Source of the DNA: Octopus vulgaris
Taxonomy: Eukaryota
Direction of reading: 5' to 3'
DNA: 64,000 nucleotides
Assembly (NCBI GenBank): GCA_951406725.2
Contig: OX597826.1
Location: 31,372,001-31,436,000, forward strand
The position numbers and the translations under genes are program-made. This document shows positions 11,570 through 22,295 of the stretch, one piece after another (position 1 is the stretch's first letter; the number at the start of each line of letters is the position of its first letter). The notes beneath the pieces were generated by a model. It saw only the letters and a program-made list of their open reading frames with translations. It did no database searches and was not told the origin of the DNA.

Positions 11570-12350
11570 GTTGCCATTAGGAAAAGAAAAAAAGATTTGC
11601 TGAAAACTGACAATGATGATGACATTCCAAAATTTGCAGAAACCTAGTCTTTTAGTTTTGCTAACCTAAGTTCCTAAGATATTTATTTGAACCCCACGTT
11701 CCAAACATATTTCTCACTTTCACCCTCCACTCGCATGAGAGAAGTTCAAGAGCCTTGAATCAAGTCGAACCAGTAACATTATAAGTGAAGAAATACGTTC
11801 TTGAATTTGGATTAAGTTTGTATGGTGTTGGGGAAGAAGAGGATGGCATGGGTGAGTGGGAGGTCTGACATTTCAAAACTGACCTTTTGTTTGAGAGAGA
11901 AAACACCCCACCCCACCCCGCAACTGAAAGTATTAAATAACAAAAGGCAATTGAGTAAAACATACATTGGGGCTGTTTGCAATCAAATTCTAGTTTAATT
12001 CTGTGGTGTTGTGTGAGAAGGAGTTGATGGATGGTGAAAAATAACTGCATCAGTACGGAACCTAGAGACCTATGAACACAAGTTTCAAATTTTAATCTAA
12101 AGCTTTCTGAGTAGGTTTGGTAAGTGGAAACTGAACGAAGCCTACTACATATATATAATATAGACAGCAGTTTACAGTGTGCTACCAAAAAGGAAAACTA
12201 TAATTGTCACTAAATGTGACTAGGGTGTTAGAAACACCTAGGGCCAGTCCTTACTGATGAGACAATGGAAATAGCTGAAACTGACCGGTCAGTATATGGA
12301 ATTCTCAAACGGTGTTTTTGGACAATTATATAGTCCCTCTCAGTATATAT
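11570..12350 (+). mobile_element. Highly decayed Penelope-like element 3' region
   Basis: KTYIG (GIY-YIG-like) near 11957, LSE-VW remnant near 12105, CTGATGA...GAAAC...GGTC hammerhead-like motif at 12254-12290. Confidence 0.4.
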
Positions 12351-12857
12351 GTACACAATTATGTGCTTTGACCACCACAGCATTAGAGCACTTTAGCTCT
12401 CATTTCTAGCAATGTAGGTGTTTCAACCACCCTAATCACATTTAGTGACAAATTTAGTTTCCTTATATATGTGTATGCGTGTCTCTCTCCTTGTCTTGAC
12501 AATGCACAATAGTTGTAAACGAGTGCCACTGTCATATAAGCAGTGTGATTCATTTCCAATTCTCCATGAAAGTATGTTTGGCCATGGGGGAAGTATTACC
12601 GTGCTTAGAAACAAGATGAGGGTTCACAACAGGAAGGGCATCTGGCTGTTGAAATTTTGCCTCAATAAACTCCATCTGACCCATGTAAGCATGGAAAAGT
12701 AGATGTTAAAGAATGTTGATGATGCTGGTGATGGTGTGTGAGTCTAAGAGGGTAGCGAAAATAACTGTACAGAGGTATATGTCAAAACACACACGCACAT
12801 GGTTCTGCTTGTATGCATCAGGTGAGAATAACGAGAATTGTTTTGATGAGTGCCTAG

Positions 12858-12987
12858 CAGGGCTGTGGAGTCAAAACAAAAAACTTTGATTCCGACTCCT
12901 CTATGTAATTAAGTGATTGTGGTCTATTTTACCGACTCCGACTCCAGCTACCCCTTAATTGGTTCCGACTCTGACACCACAGCCCTG
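12858..12987. mobile_element. hAT MITE
   Basis: TIRs CAGGGCTGTGGAGTC / GACACCACAGCCCTG, internal CCGACT repeats, perfect TSD GTGCCTAG. Confidence 0.9.
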
Positions 12988-13361
12988 GTGCCTAGGGCCC
13001 TCAATTACTTTGCTAACATCTTTACACTATTTTTTGCTATAAAGGTACGGTTGTATGTTTAAAAGGTTTGCTTCCCAACCACATGGCTTTAGGTTCAATC
13101 CCACTGTGTGGTGTACCTTTGGCAAGTGTCTTTAATTGTAGCCCTGGGCAATAAAAGCCCTGTGAGTGGGATCCGTAGATGGAAACTGACCAGTTTATCC
13201 GATCAGCCTGCTGGTGAAATTAACATGCAAGCAGCTTAGCACATCACAGACACTGGAGTTTGGTGCATCCCCTGGCCTTACCAGCTCTGGGCAAACCATC
13301 CAACTCATGCCAGAATGGAAAACTGACATTAAATGATGATGATGATATGTGTGAATAGTTT

Positions 13362-16011
13362 TGTAGTGATCCTATACAACAGCGCGCGCTCGCGCACCGT
13401 CCATTTGTATTTCGCGCATGCGGGGGTGGTGCTTTCACCACCGGAAGTAGAACCCTTTTGCCTTGTGGCAGTTAGCCGAGGCAAGGGGATCGTAGAACGT
13501 TTGACCACTAGCAGCAGTCAGCAGCGACTTGAGACATGGCTATCGAAGGCAACGGTCACGTATATTTTTTCTCCGTCCGAACTTGATTCTAGCAGCACCT
13601 TACCAAAAGGCCTTTAACCAAATTGTTGCAGACCACATCTTCTCCCTGTTCCAGACGCCATCTTTGACCAGTGTCGTTTTGCATTTGAACACTTTCTTAT
13701 TTTACAGCGATAAGGTTCAGCACTGACACATTTATACCAAAGGGATACCAGATAACCACTTATTGTTACTGTTACCACATTAGAGAATAAAGTAGTATAT
13801 ATATCTTTTACGTCTGCGTCTTGTTGTTTCTGACTGGTAGAATTCTGGATTATTAAAGCAACGGCTAGTGTTTGCTTTCTTGTACCCCGAAAGTACAAGA
13901 GAAGATATATTCACTAAGTTCGTTACACTGGTGACCCCGACGTGATTCTGGTCTAAAACCAGAGATCACTTAACAACAAGAAATCCAGTTTTTCTGCGAA
14001 GTCGGAACACGATTAACTCTACGCATTCATCTTTCGACGATTTGTTTCCGTCCTCTCGGACCGTTATAGAAGGAGCCTTTTTTATTCTTCAACATAATGA
14101 CGGACGCTATCATATCATCGATGCTTTTACTCTGCCTTCGTCATCATCATCGCCGTCTTAGAACTTCACGTCGTCGTTATTTTCGTCGCCATCACCACTA
14201 AGAACAATGTTGTCTCAAGTCCACTACAGTCGCCTTCCTCCACCACCGTCGACCAAGATGTACATAGCAACTCGCGGAACTTTAGCGTGCACGCTGTATG
14301 TGCATATGCACACCAAGGATTAACAGCACCGTCTATCTGCGAGATTCTTCTGTAACGATTTAACATGTCACAGCATCGAAGCCACAACCGCTACACGATA
14401 TGTGTTCAACCAGCATCTGCATTTGTGATTTCAACATTCTGTTACAGAACGAACTGCTATTGTGCATCAGGCTATTACAGACTGGTAAATTAACTCTTGT
14501 CTGGAATAGCCCCGAGAGACATTTTTTCTATGCGCTGTATTTTTTTATATTTTGCTCGCATTCACCTTGTATGTATTTTTGTCGCACACACGTATACACA
14601 CATAAATGCTATCTCTCACATACATACGTCACACATGCTTTTCTCGCTTGTTTTTTTCCATGCTAAATTTGCCTTTTGTGGACACACCTCATTTCTGTAG
14701 ACCCTAAGGGGTCACGTATACATAGAGAGGGTTGTTTGTTCATTATAACGCGCCAGCATGTCATACTTTTGTTCCTGTACGAACAAGGCATATAATCGCT
14801 CAACCACTGGCATATTCATTGCTGTTTTTCGGTCTGGCAAGCCCTATTGCATTTCATGCGCCTTTGCTTCGCACGTGTATTGCCTTGTTTTTGCAACACG
14901 TTTGCGTTAGCTTAATTCTTTTCCCGACTCATAGGACGTCGGATGTTCACATGCGCTGCGCCCATGTTTAGGCGTAATTATTTTTCCCTGTTAGACCCCT
15001 GTTTGGTCACGTAATTAACAGAGAAAATTATCTGTGTCGCGCATCACACCAGCATGCTTGCACTTTTGCCTTTTGTGTTACTAGCGATCTATCTGTCGAT
15101 TCCATTTCCTCTCCTGCAGCAATTGATTTAACTGCTATTTCGCAGGACCAACCACCTTTAGAGAAGTTGGATTTTAATTTCGCCTAGGTTCATTAACTGT
15201 GAGTTTGCTTTCCCTCCGCTCCTTTTAGCGGAAGGCTCTATACTTTGTGACGTATCCACTTTCACGCATGCACCTTTGATTTTGCTCATTTTGAGTATTT
15301 TTTCCTTTTGGTGAATTTCTTATGTATGATGTAAAATTTTGCCATTTTATTATATTGTGTGCTATTTGGTTATCTGGTATCCACCTTGAGTTTTATAGTC
15401 ACTACAGGGAATTTTGTGTCGTGCTTACGCACTGGGGTGGAGCACTGTAGTGATCCTATACAACGGCGCGCGCTCGCGCACCGTCCATTTGTATTTCGCG
15501 CATGCGGGGGTGGTGCTTTCACCACCGGAAGTAGAACCCTTTTGCCTTGTGGCAGTTAGCCGAGGCAAGGGGATCGTAGAACGTTTGACCACTAGCAGCA
15601 GTCAGCAGCGACTTGAGACATGGCTATCGAAGGCAACGGTCACGTATATTTTTTCTCCGTCCGAACTTGATTCTAGCAGCACCTTACCAAAAGGCCTTTA
15701 ACCAAATTGTTGCAGACCACATCTTCTCCCTGTTCCGGACGCCATCTTTGACCAGTGTCGTTTTGCATTTGAACACTTTCTTATTTTACAGCGATAAGGT
15801 TCAGCACTGACACATTTATACCAAAGGGATACCAGATAACCACTTATTGTTACTGTTACCACATTAGAGAATAAAGTAGTATATATATCTTTTACGTCTG
15901 CGTCTTGTTGTTTCTGACTGGTAGAATTCTGGATTATTAAAGCAACGGCTAGTGTTTGCTTTCTTGTACCCCGAAAGTACAAGAGAAGATATATTCACTA
16001 AGTTCGTTACA
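13362..16011 (+). mobile_element. Young non-autonomous Gypsy-type LTR retroelement (TRIM/LARD-like)
   Basis: 566-bp TG...CA LTRs at 13362-13927 and 15446-16011, TSD GTTT, PBS TGGTGACCCCGACGTGAT (13929-13946) complementary to the tRNA-Trp 3' end, purine-rich tract at 15434-15445, no gag/pol ORF. Confidence 0.95.
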
Positions 16012-17160
16012 GTTTTGTGTCTCCTTGTCTTGACATAGTTGTAAACAATTATCACCAAAAAGTGGAATCATTTGCTTCCAATCATCTGTGAAGACATGTC
16101 TGTCCATGGGAAAATATCAACCTGGCTTGGAAACCAAGTGAGAGGGTTGGTGACTAGAAGGGCATCCCAGCCATCAAAAAACTGCCCCTCCTATGCAAGC
16201 ATGGAAAAGTGGATGTTAAAACAATGACAAAGAAAACAAAAACAGGAAAAAAGTGAGGTGGCTGAGTTCCTTTCAACCTCACCTTCATGTTGCAAACAGT
16301 TCATCTGAACAGAAGATGCGGACATAAAAATAGGAACAGCATTTCGACTGCTTTTGGAGTCTTTTACAAAAGGAATTGATCTGAGTGTACATGTGTTTCT
16401 CCTTTTTAATGTCAGCACACAGATTGTAAAGACAAATTGTTTACGATCATCTTAGGCCATCACCACCATCATTATCATTTAAATGTTCCATAGTGGCATT
16501 GGGTTGGATTGGTTTAGCAGGGTTTCATGGATCCAAAGACTGCATCATGCTCCAGCATGGTTTCAATGGATGGATGCCCTTTTACAGCATGTACCGGGTG
16601 TTTTCTCACACTACCAGCACTAACGGGGGCTATCATGTAGTTTGCAAGACTACAAGCCCCGAGAAGAGTCGGGTTCATGCTAGATGAGGAATTAAAGTGA
16701 AAAGGAGCTAGAGCAGAGCAGGATTTCTCTGCAGTAGAGGAGCTACATAGCTAATCACGTTTCGAAAAGACGATAGGAGCGATCAGAGATATTAAGTGTG
16801 AAGAGGTGGAACTTGAGGGTACAAGATGAGTGAGGACTAAGGAGTATGGAGGTATGAAACACCTAACGCACCTGTAAATTAATAACTGTAACTGGCAAGA
16901 GATTATATCGACAAAGATATTTCTTTTAGCTTTGCATTTTTTGAAAATTATTAATCAACGAAAATTATGCGTATTTGCCCATCGTTTCTTTCTCTTTTTT
17001 TTTTTCTTTTAAGAAGCACATAAAACATAAAAAAGACAGTAACAATGACCTGTTAATGATGTTTGATATAAAAGCGATTGGGAGAAAGGAAAAATAAGTC
17101 ATGGTCAGAAATCTTTGTTTTGTTAATTGATATTTAGGACATATTTACTGAAGAGGAAAC

Positions 17161-17346
17161 GGTACTATTTAAACAGAGGTCCGGATGCATCAACGTAACG
17201 TTATGAAGGGGAGGGTTAGTTTTTAGGATTAGGGTGTCATTACACGTCCACACAGCGTACATTTAAAATGTGGCAAGCCTTCGGTTTTGTACGTAACACC
17301 TGTATTTAAGTAGTACCGTTAAGAGACCCTGTATTTAAGTGGTACT
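17161..17346. mobile_element. MITE with GG termini and a duplicated right end (Merlin-like)
   Basis: GGTACTATTTAAACAG versus CTGTATTTAAGT(A/G)GTAC (twice), TSD GAGGAAA(C/T). Confidence 0.65.
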
Positions 17347-18359
17347 GAGGAAATAATCATTTTGATCAAGGTAACAAACAAAAATAAAGTAGGTTACGAT
17401 CTAAAGGTTGTTGCTTTATATAAAAATATTTGCTATTTCAACGAGGTTTAATACGCAAAGAAAAAAAAAAATAGCTGTGAAGCCAAGACTAACGATCCGA
17501 CAAAAACAAGTTTACGCTCTCCGTCTCCTGACTTCCTTAATAATAAATATTTCCAACAAAAATTGTATAGATACATTCGAATGAGTAAATTACAATTATG
17601 ACAATTTTTTTTTTCCTTTTTATTTGATTTCTACAAATGTTATTGCTTAAATCCAGATCATACATACGATCCCCACTTTTTTTTTTTTTACCCCAGAGAC
17701 TGCATCAAGAACTACATTAGTGTTTTTTTTCTTTTAAAAAAGGTTTGATTTGAAGGAGATTTGGTTGCTACTCTTGCAGTTCGAACGACCTTGTTGAAGT
17801 TTTGTCGTTGACTCGTGCTGAACCTCATTTTATCAAGAGTGCTTTTATGTTAAAGTAAGTACTGTAGATTCCGTTAAAGGGATACGATCAAGAAACTAGT
17901 GTTTCCTTAATTTAGTATTTAACGAACGGAAGTACTCGACAATGAAAATAAACGACGGGAACCGTAGTGTATACTAGTGCCGCCCATAAATTATATATAT
18001 ATAAATTTAACGCCTTCAAAAATATATTCATAAATGAATTTTGATCCATAAAAATTTCATGAACATGGAGGATGGTATGGGACATGTACATAAAATGGAA
18101 TACTTAGATGAAGGCAGAAAAAATTAAATTTAAAAAAGGGGGGGAAAACTACGACTATAAACATAACAATTATTTAAGCTCATTAACAGAAGAAATAAGA
18201 TACTAAATTCATTTCTCCACATGTATTCATACCTGAATAAAGCGCCGTTACTATGGCAAATGACAAGTTAAAATATTTTCAAAACTATTTCGAACATTTT
18301 TTATGTACCTCCATCATAATGATGTAAATATTTATGTTGTAAAAACAATGTAAACTTAC

Positions 18360-18615
18360 ATTTCTCTTGTTTCTTATTATCTCGGATTATTTTCTTGTTT
18401 TCTTTGCCCGAGGAAGTTTTCGTCAATGCATTTTCCAACACGGGAGAATTTAGAGAAAGATCAAATTCCGTACAAGGAGACATTACCCCTATTTTGCGCC
18501 TTCTGTTGACCATTTCATCACGTTTGTTTTGCCATTCTTGTGATCGACGAAGACGACGTTTAATTTTCGGATCAATGCGTTCAGTACATTTGTAAGCAGT
18601 TTGATGGGATGACAT
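18360..18615 (-). CDS. DLGAP5: DLGAP5/HURP (Mars)-like protein, coding exon 1
   Basis: ATG at 18615, encodes MSSHQTAYK...RRSQEWQNKRDEMVNRRRK...KKQEK. GTAAGT donor at 18359, phase 1, compatible with exon 2. Confidence 0.8.
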
Positions 18616-18639
18616 GATTGATAAGAATATATCGTTAAA

Positions 18640-18750
18640 ATTTCAAAATAAACAATTCAACAGCAAAACTCGGCTTTCCTACAAGCACACATTAAGTTGG
18701 GTAAAATTGATTTGAATATTAGCGGTTGATAGTGATTGGTTGACTGTTGA
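18640..18750 (-). promoter_or_regulatory. Candidate G2/M (DREAM/MuvB-type) promoter: CHR, MYB-like sites and CCAAT box
   Basis: TTTGAA at 18642-18647 (gene sense) and 18711-18716 (inverse), YAACNG at 18723-18728 and 18744-18749, CCAAT at 18735-18739, all within about 140 bp of the ATG. Confidence 0.55.
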
Positions 18751-19496
18751 AACAACGCGACATCTAATGGAAAGAACCAGAAATGTAGTAGTTACCTCCC
18801 CTCTTCACAGTCTGTTATTCTGCATTTAATAAGATACAAGTGTTTTTTTTTTCCCAAAAATTGTAGAACCCAGACCTATATTTTACAAACAACCCCTTCA
18901 TTGCTAATTTTAGAAAGACTGTAAAAAAAAGAAAATTTATTCATCTTAAAGAACCAAAAATAGTTTTAACATGACTTTCTAACCATTTTTGGTAAACTTA
19001 CAAAATGTGTTTGTAAACACGATCTCAGATAGCAAAGGAAAGCAACCACATAGACAAGATATACCTCATTCTTCCACAATAAATGGATTGCCTTCTAAAG
19101 ACAGAAAATTTCTGCACACTTCAGAATGTTTGTACCATACGTGGATTCCACGCGTTTAATGTAAATAATACTTTAGGAGATAATGACGGAACCCGTGATT
19201 ACTAAAAATAATTGTACTGATTTAATTACCATTTTATTGCATATTTTAAAAATTTACCTAATAAAATATCGTACATGAGAATTTTTGGCTGGCATTTTGG
19301 GATTTTAGCATGTCGTTTCTATGTACTCCCTTCTGTTTTGCAAAGGAAGTTGTTTGTGTACAGATTCGACAAGTTGAATCTTCGTGAAGGCACCATGAGA
19401 AAAGGAGGTGTTTAAAAACGTACATTATAGTTTTTTTTTAAATCGCTTCTACCCTGTTGTTTTGCAATGTGGGATACAAGAAAAAAATTGGAGAAA

Positions 19497-19889
19497 GGCA
19501 ATCTTTCGTCTCTAGTAGACCTTTCCGTCGATTTCCGTAAAAAAATTTTTTTTTTGCATATGGGCTTGCGGGAACTTTTGAAGTAATGAGAGCGAAAGAG
19601 ACTTAGAGAAAGCGATTGTATGACGAGGGAAGTTCTTTTGAAGTTACCGTGCATGGGAAGCATTGATGTACATGTGTGTGTGTGTTTGATGGGGTGTGGG
19701 AGACAGACAGTATGTTGTGTAAGTGAAGTGCTTCTGTTAGTGTGTGTGAAAGAAAGAGATAACTGAACTTTTTTACTCGGTGTATGTGTATATGTATGTA
19801 TATTACTTCAAAAGTTCCCGCAAGCTCATATGTAAAAAAAAAAAAAATTTTTACGGAAGTCGACGGAAAGGTAGAGACGAAAGATCGCC
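19497..19889. mobile_element. MITE with about 90-bp TIRs (Merlin-like)
   Basis: GGCAATCTTTCGTCTCT...AGAGACGAAAGATCGCC, TSD TGGA(G/A)AAA. Second copy at 40247-40521. Confidence 0.8.
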
Positions 19890-20177
19890 TGGAAAAATCC
19901 CGACAAAGAAATTACAACTTATATGGGACAGCTATTCCGGAAGTCCGCCTGTGTGTGTGTGTATGCGTGCATGTATGTATCTACGACGGGCTTCTTTGAG
20001 TTTCCGTCTACCAAATTCACTCACACGGCTTTGGTCAGCTCAAGTAGAAGACACTTGCCCAAGGTGTCACGCTGCGAGACTGAACCTAGAACCATGTGGT
20101 TGGGAAGCAAGCTTGTAACTCTTTACAAAATAGTTATAAGCGATAACTATATATCTATATATTTTTATACTCTAGGC

Positions 20178-20356
20178 CAGTGCTTTTCAAACTTTTTTGC
20201 TGGAGCGGAACCCCAAGGAAACATTCCACTGGCTTGAGGAACCCCTGTGCAATAATTTAATAGTCTTATGCACACATATCTGCACAGGAGAATTAAAAAT
20301 TACTGCCGATTTTAGCAGTTTGTAACTTCTTGCGGAACCCTGGTTGAAAACCACTG
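20178..20356. mobile_element. hAT (Buster/Charlie-like) MITE
   Basis: CAGTGCTTTTCAA / TTGAAAACCACTG, perfect TSD CTCTAGGC. Confidence 0.9.
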
Positions 20357-20364
20357 CTCTAGGC

Positions 20365-20908
20365 ACATGGCCCGAAATTTTGGGGGAGGGGACCAGTCGA
20401 TTAGATCGACTCCAGTACGCAACTGGTACTTAATTTATCGACCCCGAAAGAATGAAAGGCAAAGTCGACATCGGCGGAATTTGAACTCAGAACGTAACGG
20501 CAGACGAAATACCTATTTCTTTACTACCCACAAGGGGCTGAACACAGAGAGGACAGACAAACGGATTAAGTTGATTATATCGACCCCTAGTCCGTAACTG
20601 GTATTTATTTTATCGACCCCGAAAGGATAATAGGCAAAGTCGACCTCGGCGGAATTTGAACTCAGAACGTAACGACAGACAAAATACCTATTTCTTTATT
20701 ATCCACAAGGGGCTAAACATAGAAGGGACAGACATAGGTATTAAGTCGATTGCATCGACCCCAGTGCGTAACTTGTACTTATTTAATCGACCTCGAAAGG
20801 ATGAAAGGCAAAGTCGACCTCAGCGGAATTTGAACTCAGCACGTAACGGCAGACGAAATACCGCTAAGCATTTCGCCCGGCGTGCTAACGTTTCTGCCAG
20901 CTCGCCGT
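20365..20908 (-). mobile_element. Tandem trimer of the Nin-like SINE
   Basis: One full head plus two further units of about 180 bp, each restarting at GGTATTT(C/T)GTCTG. Confidence 0.85.
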
Positions 20909-21904
20909 CTTGGTGTGTGAGTATATATAAGTGTGTGTGTGTGTGTGTGTTCGTTCGCCTTCCTTTGACTAAATATTTTTGCCTATTTCTAACATATATT
21001 AAACAACAAAAGTTTTGTTTATTTTTCTCCCTCTAGCAGCATACTGACACTTAATACATAATGTCATTGCGTGTGTATGTATATATATATATATATATAT
21101 GTGTGTGTATGTATATATATATTGAAAGTAGGTGGGTACGCGCGCGTCTGTTTGTATGTTAAAGTACGAATATTGACACCTATCAGGATTTTTTTTGTTT
21201 TGTTTTTTTTCAAATAAAAACAAAATCCGAATTTATTTGTTTATGCATTGTTTACATATTTATTTGCTTGGGAAGATTATAGTTGAGATAAGAACAAAAT
21301 CTTTTATCTTTTACTTGTCTCAGTCATTTGACTGCGGCCATGGTGGGACACCGGCTTGATGGACTTTAGTCTAATAAATCGACCCAGCCTGGTAATTATC
21401 CTGTCGTGTCGCTAAGTTATGAGGACGTAAACACACCAGCAGTTATGAAGCTGTGGTGGTGGACAAACAGACACAGAAAGGCACACATACATATATATAC
21501 TTATACGACGGGCTTCTTCCAGTTTTCATCTACCATATCGACTCAAAAGGTTTCGGTGTGTTGAGGCTTGAGTAGAACAAGGTGTCACGCAGTGGGACTG
21601 AACCTGGAACCATGTGGTTGGGATGCAAACTTCTTTATTTCATTAAATTGGCCACACAGGCCGTACAAAGATGGGATGAACAAGGACAGGCAAAACACAA
21701 AAGATGAAGAAGCTGCTTTAATTAAAAGTTAATGTCCGAATGAATGACGATAGCAGAAAATGACATAATTATAATGCAATTAAAAATATAATAGAATATA
21801 ATTATTATTGCAATATGCAATAATTAACGACTAAAGGAAAGGCATCCTTGTTACTACTGACCCCATTTACCTTGTGCCGATCACTCTCAACTTGCTTGCC
21901 ACAG

Positions 21905-22295
21905 ACCTGAACTCAGAACGTAACGGCAGACGAAATACCTATTTCTTTATTATCCACAAGGGGCTAAACATAGAGGGGACAGACATAGGTATTAAGTCGA
22001 TTACATCGACCCCAGTGCGTAACTGGTACTTAATTTATCGACCCCGAAAGGATGAAAGGCAAAGTCGACCTCGGCGGAATTTGCACTCAGAAGATAAAGA
22101 CAGACGAAATGCCTATTTCTTTACTACCCACAAGGGGCTAAACACAGAGGGGACAAACAAGGACTGGCAAACGGATTAAGTCGATTAGATCGACCCCAGT
22201 GCGCAACTTGTACTTATTAATCGACACCGAAAGGATGAAAGGCAAAGTTGACCTCGGCGGAATTTGAACTCAGAACGTAACGGCAGACGAAATAT
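21905..22295 (-). mobile_element. Tandem Nin-like SINE units inserted near the LINE 3' end
   Basis: Same units and junctions as 20365-20908. Confidence 0.8.

Noticed and set aside
16283-16380. Possible extra DLGAP5 exon (CAG...GTGAGG) within ORF 16191-16418
   Set aside because: It is 98 bp, phase-incompatible with exon 1 (stop after 4 codons) and has no polypyrimidine tract. Exons 1 and 2 already join in frame.
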